Shown here piece by piece: positions 1-8,882 of a stretch of 64,000 nucleotides of DNA (the first letter of the stretch is position 1; every line of letters begins with the position of its first letter). The translations under genes were made by a program, and so were the position numbers. The stretch is from positions 256,001-320,000 of the forward strand of contig CAWFFN010000005.1 of NCBI GenBank assembly GCA_963815115.1. Direction: 5' to 3'. The notes under the pieces were generated by a model. That model was not told the DNA's origin, ran no database searches, and saw only the letters and a list, made by a program, of their open reading frames with translations. Origin of the DNA: an uncultured delta proteobacterium (lineage in GTDB: Bacteria; Desulfobacterota; Binatia; DP-6).

Positions 1-252
1 GACGCGCACGCCGGTGTCCTCGAGGAAGTCGGCGCGATAGGTGGGAAACTCCGACACCGGCAGGCCGTCCTCGCCGATGCGCTGGCGCGAGTAGCCTCGC
101 GCCCAGCGGAGCCCGACGCCGATCACGGGAAGCGCCAGATCGTGCGCCGACTTGACGAAGTCGCCGGCGAGGATGCCGAGGCCGCCGGCGTAGATGGGGA
201 ACTCCTCGGAGAGCCCGAACTCCATGCAGAAGTATGCGACGGGATTGGTCAT
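1..252 (-). CDS. glgP: Alpha-glucan (glycogen/maltodextrin) phosphorylase, 5' part; runs off the window start
   Basis: Manual translation MTNPVAYFCMEFGLSEEFPIYAGGLGILAGDFVKSAHDL matches the phosphorylase N-terminal motif YFxMEFG...YxGGLGILAGD. Confidence 0.9.
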   Translation of the reverse strand, partial: MTNPVAYFCMEFGLSEEFPIYAGGLGILAGDFVKSAHDLALPVIGVGLRWARGYSRQRIGEDGLPVSEFPTYRADFLEDTGVRV

Positions 253-333
253 GGCGCGCGCGCCAGGTAAGCGAAAGCGCGGGGCAGAAGCAATCTATGC
301 GCGGTGGTACGGCTTCGGCGCCGCCGCCTTCGG

Positions 334-1122
334 TCAGATCTGCCCGCGACGCGGCGGATAGACCCCGGCGCGCTTCTCGAGGAAGGAGCGCATCGCCTCC
401 CGGCCGTCGTCGGTGAGGGCGCTGGCCGCCATGGCCTCGATGGCGCGCGCGTAGGCGGCATCGACGTCGAGCTCGAGGGTGTCGTACAGGACCTGCTTGC
501 CGAGCGCCTTCGAGGCGCGGCTGCCGCGGCTGGCGGCGAGGGCGAGGCGCTCCGTTTCCTCGTCCAGCCGCTCGCCCGGCACGACGCGGTTCACGAGGCC
601 CCAGGCGAGGGCGGTGCGCGCGTCGATGCTGTCTCCGGTGAACGCCATCTCGAGGGCGCGCTTGCGTCCCACGGAGCGGGCGATCGCCACCATGGGCGTG
701 TGGCAGAACCATCCGCCCCGCCCCCCGGGCGCGGCGAAGGCGGCCCCCTCCGCGGCCACCGCGAGGTCGGCGGACGCGACCAGCTGGCAGCCGGCGGCGG
801 TCGCGATCCCGTGCACGCGAGCCACGACCGGCTGCGGCACTCGCTGCATCGTGCGCATGAGCTCGGTGCACACCGCGAGCAGCGTGCGCATGGCGTCGAG
901 GTCGCGCTCGGCCATGTCGGCGAAGTCGTGGCCGGCGCAGAAGGCGGGCCCGTTGGCCGCGAGGATGATGGCACGCACGTCCTCGTCGCTGCCCAGGCGC
1001 CCCAGGGCGTCGATCAGCTCGCGCATGTGCGCCTCGGAGAGGGCATTGCGGCGCTCGGGGCGGTTCATGGTGATCGTCCCGAGGCCCGCGTGCGTCGAGA
1101 GCAGGATGTGTTCGTAGCGCAT
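334..1122 (-). CDS. Enoyl-CoA hydratase/isomerase (crotonase) family protein
   Basis: ITMNRPERRNALS, AFCAGHD, HGIATAAGCQLVA motifs; start trimmed to MRYEH. Confidence 0.9.
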   Translation of the reverse strand: MRYEHILLSTHAGLGTITMNRPERRNALSEAHMRELIDALGRLGSDEDVRAIILAANGPAFCAGHDFADMAERDLDAMRTLLAVCTELMRTMQRVPQPVVARVHGIATAAGCQLVASADLAVAAEGAAFAAPGGRGGWFCHTPMVAIARSVGRKRALEMAFTGDSIDARTALAWGLVNRVVPGERLDEETERLALAASRGSRASKALGKQVLYDTLELDVDAAYARAIEAMAASALTDDGREAMRSFLEKRAGVYPPRRGQI

Positions 1123-1160
1123 GACGACCCGCCTCGCGGCTGTATAGCACCGCCGCGGCT

Positions 1161-1177
1161 CTGCTACACTCCGCCTC
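1161..1177 (+). promoter_or_regulatory. Extended -10 promoter (TGc-TACACT) 7 nt before the dcd ATG; probably leaderless
   Basis: ctgcTACACTccgcctcATG with no Shine-Dalgarno sequence. Confidence 0.55.
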
Positions 1178-1687
1178 ATGGTGCTCACCCGCGAGGCGAT
1201 CCTGCGCGAGCTGGCCGCAGGCCGTCTCGTCATCGACCCCCTCGCCGACGACCAGATCGGACCGGCCTCGATCGATCTGCACCTGGGCGACGAGATCCGC
1301 GTCATGGACGGCGGCGGCGAGGAGGTGGCGGTCACCGAGGATGCCGACTACCGCAGCATCACCCGGTTGCGCTCTCTCGATCGGCCGCACGTGCTCGCCC
1401 CGGGCGAGACCATCCTCGGGATCACGCGGGAGCGCGTGCGGCTGCCGCCGGACGTCGCGGGATGGCTCGAAGGACGCAGCCGCTTCGCTCGCCTGGGGCT
1501 CATGATCCACGTCACCTCGGGCTTCGTCGCCCCCGGCGTCGACAGCCGCCAGGTGCTCGAGATGTCGAACGTCGCACGGCATCCGCTGCTGATCCACGCC
1601 GGCGTGCGCCTGTGCCAGATCGTCCTGCAGCGCTGCGACGGCAGCGCGGTCTACGCCGGGCGCTTCGCGCATCAGGATCACCTGTGA
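1178..1687 (+). CDS. dcd: dCTP deaminase
   Basis: QIGPASIDLHLG, EGRSRFARLGL, LEMSN, ending Y.GRF..Q. Confidence 0.9.
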   Translation: MVLTREAILRELAAGRLVIDPLADDQIGPASIDLHLGDEIRVMDGGGEEVAVTEDADYRSITRLRSLDRPHVLAPGETILGITRERVRLPPDVAGWLEGRSRFARLGLMIHVTSGFVAPGVDSRQVLEMSNVARHPLLIHAGVRLCQIVLQRCDGSAVYAGRFAHQDHL

Positions 1688-2094
1688 TCTCCCCGCCGGC
1701 CTCGCCGCCGGGGTTCTGGGAGCTCCTCGGGTTCCGCATCGAGCACGCCGACGAGCACGGCGCGGTGCTCGCCATGGAGGTGCCCGACGCCATGATGAGC
1801 CCCTTCGGGACCGTGCACGGCGGCGCCATCGCGACCCTCTTCGACACCGGGCTCGCCGTCGCGATCGCGCGGCGGCTCGAGCCCGAGGACCGCATCGCGA
1901 CCCACAACCTCAACGTCACCTACGTGGCGTTCACGCGCGAACGGACGCTGCGCTGCCGGGCGCGCGTGGTGAGCCTCCGGCGCACAGTCGCCGTGGCCGA
2001 CGGCGAGGTGGTGTCGGCGGACGGTGCGCTGGTGGCGAAGGCGCTCGGGACCTTCGGCGTGCGGCGACTGCCGCCGGCGGCGCCGCCGGCCTAG
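1684..2094 (+). CDS. PaaI family thioesterase
   Basis: GTVHGGAIATLFD hotdog motif; GTG start overlaps the dcd stop (GTGA). Confidence 0.85.
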   Translation: MISPPASPPGFWELLGFRIEHADEHGAVLAMEVPDAMMSPFGTVHGGAIATLFDTGLAVAIARRLEPEDRIATHNLNVTYVAFTRERTLRCRARVVSLRRTVAVADGEVVSADGALVAKALGTFGVRRLPPAAPPA

Positions 2095-2119
2095 AGACGA
2101 CCGCGCGGACGACGTCCGA

Positions 2120-2914
2120 TCAGGGCCGTCGGCCCCACGTGGCCCACATGATCGGGGACGGAGCCATGAAGCGTTCCTCGTCCAGGCGACGGAGGTCCTC
2201 GTCGATCTCCTCGCCGGTGATGAGGCCGGACTCCACCATCGTGTCCCGGAGCTGCTCGAAGTTTGCCCTGCAGAGCGTCGTACCCGGCGATCCGCCTTGC
2301 CACATGAACATGCGTCCCTCGGCTTCGATGTCGACGAGACCGTGGGCACGCAGCCGCTCGGCGAGCATGCGCCCGTAGCGCATGTCGATCCCACGCTCCG
2401 TCATCACCCGCTGCATGACGGCGAAGGTCTTCAGGAGCGTTTCATCCGGATTGATCGCAGGATCCGGGCGCATCGAGAGCGAGTCGAACTCCTCGACGAG
2501 CAGCCAGCCGCCCGGCTTCAGCGCAGCCGCCATCCGCTGCAGGGCCGTTTCCCGTTCGGCGAGATGCACCAGCACCAGCCGCGCATGGACGAGATCGAAC
2601 CGATCCTCCGGCAACGGGTCGGAAGCGACGTCATGCCGGCGGACCTCGAGGTTCGGCTTGCCCAGGGCCGCGAGAAAGCGCGGATCGATGTCGGTGGCGA
2701 CGACGTGCCCGGCGGCTCCGACGCGGTCACAGAGCCACGCGGCGATGCTTCCGCCGCCGTCGCCGACTTCCAGGCACTGCCAGCCCTCGGCGACGCCGAT
2801 GTCGGTCAGATGACGGATCGTTCCAGGATCGAAGAGCGTGGCCAGGGCGGAGAAGCGAGATCCGGCCTGGGCGCCCGCGTTGGCGAAGACGTAGGTTCCG
2901 GACGTTGCCGGCAC
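2120..2914 (-). CDS. Class I SAM-dependent methyltransferase
   Basis: CLEVGDGGGSI, VATDID, FDLVHARLVLVHL, LKPGGWLLVEE. Confidence 0.9.
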   Translation of the reverse strand: MPATSGTYVFANAGAQAGSRFSALATLFDPGTIRHLTDIGVAEGWQCLEVGDGGGSIAAWLCDRVGAAGHVVATDIDPRFLAALGKPNLEVRRHDVASDPLPEDRFDLVHARLVLVHLAERETALQRMAAALKPGGWLLVEEFDSLSMRPDPAINPDETLLKTFAVMQRVMTERGIDMRYGRMLAERLRAHGLVDIEAEGRMFMWQGGSPGTTLCRANFEQLRDTMVESGLITGEEIDEDLRRLDEERFMAPSPIMWATWGRRP

Positions 2915-2976
2915 GGCGCGACCTCAGGTGCCGGGGAACGCCGCGTGAAGCCCTCCCACGCCGCCACCCGCCCGCG

Positions 2977-3750
2977 CTAGAACCCCTTCACCGTGGCGGC
3001 CTTCTTGTAGAGCTGCACGGTGCACAGCCAGGCGACCGCGATCGCGATCAGCAGCCAGATCCAGCCCGCGAGGCCGAGCCATCCATTGAAGACGGTCGTG
3101 TGGGTGTCGATCATCGTCCACACCAGCGCGACCGACATGTAGGTGTTGTGGCGGGACCGCGCCCCGGCCGTGGCGACGAGCGCCGCATCGGGGGCCTGCC
3201 CGTCCCGGATGGCGGTGATGATCTTCCGCTGCGCCGGCCAGATCCGCATCCAGACGTTGGCGGCCATCAGCGTGCCCAGCAGCGCGCCGGTGTGGATCAC
3301 GTAGGCGCGATACTCGAAGCGGCCGACGAAGACGAAGCACAGGATCACGACCGCGAGCAATGCGAACCCGACCCCGGCCATCGTCTTGTTGTCCTTGATC
3401 GCGTTCGCGATCGGATCGTAGGCGACGAAGGCCAGGAAGGTGATCGCGACCATGAGCAGCGAACCGCCGCCCCACGCGATCCCGGGGCCGAACATGAGCT
3501 GGCCATGGTAGAAGACGAGGAGCACGAGCAGCACTCCCGTCACCCAGGTCCACGCCGCTCCCCAGCGGAACCAGTAGAGGGCGCGCGGCCGCAGCTGGGG
3601 CACGACCGTCTTCTTCCCTCCGGCATCGAGCGTGCCCTCGAAGGCCCCGTTCACGAAGTTGAAGAAGTAGAGGAGGCCGATCCACATGATCCCGGCGACG
3701 ATGTGGATCCAGCGAAAGATCGCTTGTAGAACGTCCGTGATCTCCATCAC
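2977..3750 (-). CDS. PuuD-like (urate oxidase N-terminal type) polytopic membrane protein without a cytochrome c domain
   Basis: RWIHIVAGIMWIGLLYFFNFV, GTLMAANVWMRIWPAQRKI, RSRHNTYM motifs; several hydrophobic helices; no CxxCH. Confidence 0.75.
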   Translation of the reverse strand: MMEITDVLQAIFRWIHIVAGIMWIGLLYFFNFVNGAFEGTLDAGGKKTVVPQLRPRALYWFRWGAAWTWVTGVLLVLLVFYHGQLMFGPGIAWGGGSLLMVAITFLAFVAYDPIANAIKDNKTMAGVGFALLAVVILCFVFVGRFEYRAYVIHTGALLGTLMAANVWMRIWPAQRKIITAIRDGQAPDAALVATAGARSRHNTYMSVALVWTMIDTHTTVFNGWLGLAGWIWLLIAIAVAWLCTVQLYKKAATVKGF

Positions 3751-3826
3751 CCCTCCTCCTGACGTTCGAGTGACCCGGCTGCCGACGCCCTACCAAGCCA
3801 GATGGCGGGTCGTCAATGCGCCCTCC

Positions 3827-4576
3827 TCACGCGGGGGGTGCCAGCGTGACGGTGGCGGTAGCAGTGCCCTTGGGTGCCAGACTCACGGAGGTGTCGCGCG
3901 TCCCGAAGCGCTCGTGCCACACGCCGACCACGTAGTCGCCCGGCGGCACGTTGCGGAGGGTCACGTGCCCGTCCGGACCGCTCACCCCGAAGTAGGGATG
4001 CTCGAGCACGCCGAGCCAGCCCTGCATCCAGGGATGGAGGTCGCACCGGACGCTGATCATCACCTCGGGATGGTCGATCGTGATGGTGCGCTCGGTTCCC
4101 TCGCGCGGAAGCGCGAAGTTCCATGCGCTCGAGTCCTTCGGGGTGCCGTGGATGTTGTGCATGGTGGCGTCGCTGTTGCGGAACTCGATGGGCTGTCCGA
4201 CCTGGGCCCCAGCGACGCGGGGCGAGTACAGGCAGCCCTTCTGATCGATGACGACGGGTTCGGTGGGCACCGCGAAGACCCGGTCGCCGAGCCCGCTCTT
4301 GATGTAGACGAAGCCGTTCTGCACGTGACCGTCCTTCACCAGCGTGTCTCCGGCGGGTACCGGTCCGGAATGCTGCGCGGCGCAGTCCGCGAAGCCTCCC
4401 ATAGGCAGCTCCCGCATCGGTGGCACGGCGCCCTGGAAGCCGACGTCGACCTCGATGGTGCCGGTGGTGGCGGGATCGAGCGGGGTCACGGGTCGGGCCG
4501 ATCGTTCGCTCCCGCTTTCGCCGCCGCAGGCGATGGCGAGCACGCAGGCGAACGCAAGAAGCATGCGGACTTGCAT
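3827..4576 (-). CDS. Lipoprotein with cupredoxin-like copper site and carboxypeptidase-regulatory-like domain
   Basis: Lipobox LAIAC; NSDATMHNIH and CDLHPWM motifs; C-terminal VPPGDYVVGVWHE. Confidence 0.75.
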   Translation of the reverse strand: MQVRMLLAFACVLAIACGGESGSERSARPVTPLDPATTGTIEVDVGFQGAVPPMRELPMGGFADCAAQHSGPVPAGDTLVKDGHVQNGFVYIKSGLGDRVFAVPTEPVVIDQKGCLYSPRVAGAQVGQPIEFRNSDATMHNIHGTPKDSSAWNFALPREGTERTITIDHPEVMISVRCDLHPWMQGWLGVLEHPYFGVSGPDGHVTLRNVPPGDYVVGVWHERFGTRDTSVSLAPKGTATATVTLAPPA

Positions 4577-4693
4577 CCTCGTTTCCTTAGGGGAGGCGTC
4601 GAGATCGGTCAAATTTTGCAACCGACCGGCGAGTGGATTCCGGGAGTGGCTTGCCGAGCGTTCCCTGCCCGGATATAGGGCGCCGAACGCGTC

Positions 4694-5530
4694 ATGGGTC
4701 GGTTGAGGATTGGGAGCGAGGAGCACAAGACCCGTTTCTGCCGCGCGTTCGTGACCTCGCATCACGGCTACACGCCGGACGGCGTGCGCTGGCCCGACCT
4801 CGACGCCCCGGCGCTCGAGCGGCTGCGCGGGCTGCCCTTCTGGGGCGAAGCGGTGGGCAGCGAGCGCACGGCGGCCGCGCGCGTCCGCGCCATGGCGGAC
4901 GTCGAGTCGGACCCCGAGCTGCGCGAGGCGATCGACATGCAGGCGTACGAGGAGGAACGCCACGCGGCGCTTCTCGATCGTCTGCTCCGGCACTACGACA
5001 TTCCCTATCCCGACGACGCGGCCGAGAAGCCGCGCGACGCCGAGTGGGGGTTCATGCGCATGGGATACGGCGAGTGCTTCGACTCGTTCTTCGCGTTCGG
5101 GCTCTTCCGCATCGCGGCCGACACGGGATTCTTTCCGCCTTCCCTGGTGACGATCTTCGACGGCGTCATGCAGGAGGAGGCGCGTCACATCCTCTTCTTC
5201 TCCAACTGGGCGGCCCATCGCGGCGGCCAGATTCCGGTGGTGCAGAAGCCGTGGTTCCTGGTCCGGCGGGTCGCCGGCATGGGGTTGCAGGCACTCGGGC
5301 GGGTGCGAACCGCGCTCGAGCTGCGCGGCTCGAACGCGGGCGACGACTTCACCATGCAGGTGCCGGACGAGATCGGTGACATCGACCTGCGGACGCTCGC
5401 CGCCACCTGCGTGCGCGAGAACGAGCGCCGGCTGGCGCCGTACGACCCCGAGCTGCTGCGGCCCCGCATGGTGCCGACGCTGGTCGGGCTGGCCCTGCGC
5501 TTCGCACCCGGCGGCACGGCCCGCGGTTGA
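4694..5530 (+). CDS. Ferritin-like (di-iron) domain protein
   Basis: Two ExxH motifs (EEERH, EEARH) with upstream Glu ligands. Confidence 0.75.
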   Translation: MGRLRIGSEEHKTRFCRAFVTSHHGYTPDGVRWPDLDAPALERLRGLPFWGEAVGSERTAAARVRAMADVESDPELREAIDMQAYEEERHAALLDRLLRHYDIPYPDDAAEKPRDAEWGFMRMGYGECFDSFFAFGLFRIAADTGFFPPSLVTIFDGVMQEEARHILFFSNWAAHRGGQIPVVQKPWFLVRRVAGMGLQALGRVRTALELRGSNAGDDFTMQVPDEIGDIDLRTLAATCVRENERRLAPYDPELLRPRMVPTLVGLALRFAPGGTARG

Positions 5531-5543
5531 CGGCGAGGTCCGG

Positions 5544-6356
5544 GTGGGCCGCCTCGTCGACTTCCGCGACCGGGTCGCGCTCGTCACCGGGGCCTCCAGC
5601 GGCATCGGCGCGCAGCTCGCGCGCGACCTCGGCGCGCGCGGCATGCGCGTCGCGCTCCTCGCCCGTCGCGAGGAGCGCCTGCGTGCCCTCGCCGAGCGCC
5701 TGGGTGCCGGCCAGGATCGGGCGCTCGCCATCCCGTGTGACGTGGCGGTGCGCGCCGAGGTCGAGGCCGCCGTGGCGCGGGTCCGCGAACGCTGGGGACG
5801 CCTCGACCTGCTGGTCAACAACGCGGGCGCCGCGCGGCACGGCCTGTTCAAGGACGAGGGTCCGGAGGTCTTCACCGGGTTGATCGAGACCAACTACCTC
5901 GGGGTGGTCTGGGCCATCCGCGCCGCGCTGCCCGCCATGCGCGCCCGCGGCGAGGGCTGGATCGTCAACGTGTCGTCCGTCGCCGGGAAGCTCGGACAGC
6001 CCGACGAGTCGGCGTACTCCGCGAGCAAGTTCGCGGTCACGGGGCTCTCGGAAGCGCTGGTCTACGAGCTGGCGCCCCTCGGCATCCACGTCATGACGGT
6101 CTATCCGGCGCTGGTGCGCACGGAGATGTTCACGCCCGACGTCCTGGCGCGCATGCCGGAACGCGTGAAGCGAACCTTCGTCGAGCCTCCGGTGCTGACC
6201 GCCGCGGTGATCCGCGGCCTCGAGCGCGCCGAGCACGAGGTGACGGTGCCGCGCTACGTGCGGATCGCCTATCTCGTGCGGCTGCTCTTCCCGCGCTACT
6301 TCCGTCGGATGACGGGCAACCTCCGGCTGCCGATTCTGCCGGACGTCACCGCGTAG
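5544..6356 (+). CDS. SDR family oxidoreductase
   Basis: TGASSGIG, NNAG, YSASK; start approximate. Confidence 0.9.
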   Translation: MGRLVDFRDRVALVTGASSGIGAQLARDLGARGMRVALLARREERLRALAERLGAGQDRALAIPCDVAVRAEVEAAVARVRERWGRLDLLVNNAGAARHGLFKDEGPEVFTGLIETNYLGVVWAIRAALPAMRARGEGWIVNVSSVAGKLGQPDESAYSASKFAVTGLSEALVYELAPLGIHVMTVYPALVRTEMFTPDVLARMPERVKRTFVEPPVLTAAVIRGLERAEHEVTVPRYVRIAYLVRLLFPRYFRRMTGNLRLPILPDVTA

Positions 6357-6365
6357 CGAGAGCTC

Positions 6366-7529
6366 CTAGCCGAGCAGCACCGCGAGGGCCTTCGGCGAGC
6401 GGAACGCGAGGCCGGTGATCGTCGGCGGGGGCGCCCCGGGGTCGAGCCGCAGGTCGGGCAGGCGGTCGAGCAGGACGTCCAGGGCCAGCCGGGCCTCGAG
6501 GCGCGCGAGGTGGTAGCCGAGGCAGTGATGGCGGCCGAAGCCGAAGGCCAGGTGGTCGTCGGCGCGCCGGTCGAGGTCGAAGAGGTCCGGGTCGTCGTAG
6601 TGGTCCTCGTCCCGGTTCGCGGACGCGACGACGATCGACACCATCTCGTCGGCCGGGATGGCGTTGCCGCGGATCTCGACGTCCCGGTTGGTCTGCCGCG
6701 AGACCATCAGCACGGAGGTCTCCCAGCGCAGCGTCTCCTCGACGGCCCACGGCACCAGCGTGCGGTCGGTCCGGACGCGCTCCCAGCGGTCGCGCTCGGT
6801 GAGGAGCGCGAAGAGCATATTGCCGATCAAGCGGAAGGTGGTCTCGGCTCCGGCGGGAATGAGCAGTCGCAGGAAGCTCACCACCTCCTCGTCGCTCAGC
6901 CCCTGGCCATCCACCGTGCCGGTGACCAGCGTGCTGATGACGTCGTCGCACGGCTGCGCGCGGCGCTCCGCGATGATCGGCAGGAGGTACTCGCGCACCG
7001 CCGCGGAGGCGGCGTAGCCCCGGGGATAGTCCTTCGCGAAGCCGATGAGGTCGATGGCCCAGCGCTGGAACTGGGGATAGTCGCCGCGCGGGATGCCGAC
7101 CATGTGCGCCATCACCTGCACCGGGAAGCACTCGGTGAAGTGGGCGACCATGTCGGCGCGCCGCTTGCCCGCGAGGGCGTCGATGATCTCGTGCAGCATC
7201 TTCTCGAGCACGGGCTGGAGCCCGTCGAGACCCCGCGGGACGAACACGCGCTGGACCAGCGCGCGGTGGCGCGTGTGCTCCTTGGCGTCCATCTCGATCA
7301 CGGTGCGGCCCATGATCTTGCCGACCTCGGCGTTCGAGCGTGAGGAGTAGGTCTCGCTGTCCTTCAGCACCGCCAGGCAGTCGTCGTACTTGGTGAGCAC
7401 CCAGCTCGCGCGGTTCATGAAGACGGAGCGCATGACCGGCTGCGACTGCCGCAGCATGGCGAACATCGGGTAGGGGTCGGGATGATCGAAGAGCATCTGC
7501 GGATCGAACTCGACGGCGGCGGCTTCCAT
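6366..7529 (-). CDS. Cytochrome P450
   Basis: AGAETT I-helix, ETLR (ExxR), FGFGRHHCLG heme motif; GGAGG RBS before MEAAAV. Confidence 0.95.
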   Translation of the reverse strand: MEAAAVEFDPQMLFDHPDPYPMFAMLRQSQPVMRSVFMNRASWVLTKYDDCLAVLKDSETYSSRSNAEVGKIMGRTVIEMDAKEHTRHRALVQRVFVPRGLDGLQPVLEKMLHEIIDALAGKRRADMVAHFTECFPVQVMAHMVGIPRGDYPQFQRWAIDLIGFAKDYPRGYAASAAVREYLLPIIAERRAQPCDDVISTLVTGTVDGQGLSDEEVVSFLRLLIPAGAETTFRLIGNMLFALLTERDRWERVRTDRTLVPWAVEETLRWETSVLMVSRQTNRDVEIRGNAIPADEMVSIVVASANRDEDHYDDPDLFDLDRRADDHLAFGFGRHHCLGYHLARLEARLALDVLLDRLPDLRLDPGAPPPTITGLAFRSPKALAVLLG

Positions 7530-7623
7530 GGCGACCTCCTTAATCGAGCGCCCGACCGATTGCCAGGGTTGACGGGTCCGGCAGGTTGACGGCCGGGCGG
7601 GCCGGCTGTTACCGAGTCCGGCC

Positions 7624-8691
7624 GTGGCCACACCGCCCGACTCAGACGTCGTCGCTCCCCGCCCGGGCGAGGAGCTCGATGCGGACGCCGTCGGCCGCCG
7701 GCTCGCGGGGAAGATCCCCGGGGCGGAGGGGACGCCGGCCATCTGGCAGTTCCCCGGCGGCCACGCAAACCTCACCTACCTCGTCGTCTACCCGTCGGCC
7801 CGCTACGTCCTCCGCCGCCCCCCCCATGGCGACATCCCGGCGAGCGCGCACGACATGGGGCGCGAGTACCGGGTGCTGTCGGTGCTCTACAAGGGATTCC
7901 CGTCCGCGCCGCGCGCGTTCCACTACTGCGAGGACGCGAGCGTGATCGGCGCGCCCTTCTTCGTGATGGAGCGCCGCGACGGGGTCGTCGTGCGGCGGGA
8001 CGTGCCGCCGCAGTTCGGCGGCGGCAAGGATCCGGTGGCCAACCGCAAGCTCTCCACCGTGATGATGGACACGCTCGCCGAGCTCCACGCCGTCGACTAC
8101 CGCGCCGTGGGTCTCGAGACGCTCGGGAAGCCCGAGGGCTTCCTCGCGCGACAGGTCTCGGGCTGGACGGCGCGCTGGGAGCGCGCCAAGACCAAGGACC
8201 TCCAGGTGGCGCGCGACGTGGTCGGGTGGCTCGAGGGACACATGCCCGTCTCCCCGCCGGCCACGCTGGTGCACAACGACTGGCGGCTCGACAACATGGC
8301 AGTGACGGCCGAAGACCCGGGGAAGGCGGCGGCAGTCTACGACTGGGACATGTGCACCCTGGGCGACCCGCTCGCCGACGTCGGGACGCTGCTCTCCTCG
8401 TGGTACGAGCCGGGCGAGACCTTCGCCTTCCTGTCGGCCATGCCATCGCAGGCCCCGGGCTTCATGACGCGGGCCGAGGCGATCGCGCGCTACGGCGAGC
8501 GCAGCGGCCGCGACGTCTCGAAGATGCCGTACTACTACATCTTCGGCCTCTTCAAGATGGCCGTGGTCGTGCAGCAGCTCTTCTTCCGCTGGCACAAGGG
8601 GCAGACGAAGGACGACCGGCAGGCGGGCGGCGAGATGGTCGCGGAGGGCATGATGCAGCTCGCCGCCGAGAACATCGCCCGTCTCGGCTAG
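7624..8691 (+). CDS. Aminoglycoside-phosphotransferase-like (ACAD10/11-type) kinase family protein
   Basis: GGHANLTY, LRRPP, HNDWRLDN, DWDM..LGDP. Confidence 0.9.
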   Translation: MATPPDSDVVAPRPGEELDADAVGRRLAGKIPGAEGTPAIWQFPGGHANLTYLVVYPSARYVLRRPPHGDIPASAHDMGREYRVLSVLYKGFPSAPRAFHYCEDASVIGAPFFVMERRDGVVVRRDVPPQFGGGKDPVANRKLSTVMMDTLAELHAVDYRAVGLETLGKPEGFLARQVSGWTARWERAKTKDLQVARDVVGWLEGHMPVSPPATLVHNDWRLDNMAVTAEDPGKAAAVYDWDMCTLGDPLADVGTLLSSWYEPGETFAFLSAMPSQAPGFMTRAEAIARYGERSGRDVSKMPYYYIFGLFKMAVVVQQLFFRWHKGQTKDDRQAGGEMVAEGMMQLAAENIARLG

Positions 8692-8882
8692 TACCTCGTC
8701 GCGGGCCGCGATCCGCTCCCTTTTCCGAGCCGTGTCCTTCGCCGGCGAGCCCATCCTCGCGAACGGTCCTCGGGAGGCCAGGAGCCTTTTCATTTGGACG
8801 GGGCTGGAATAATGATAGGGGCGTTCGATCTTTCGGGGGCGACCGTGCGATTCGGGGCCGGGGGACATCGTCGGGCGTGAGC

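Noticed and set aside
8226-8882. N-terminal 219 aa of the 1601-aa ORF
   Set aside because: Overlaps the phosphotransferase gene out of frame and the intergenic region; Arg/Gly-rich non-coding character.
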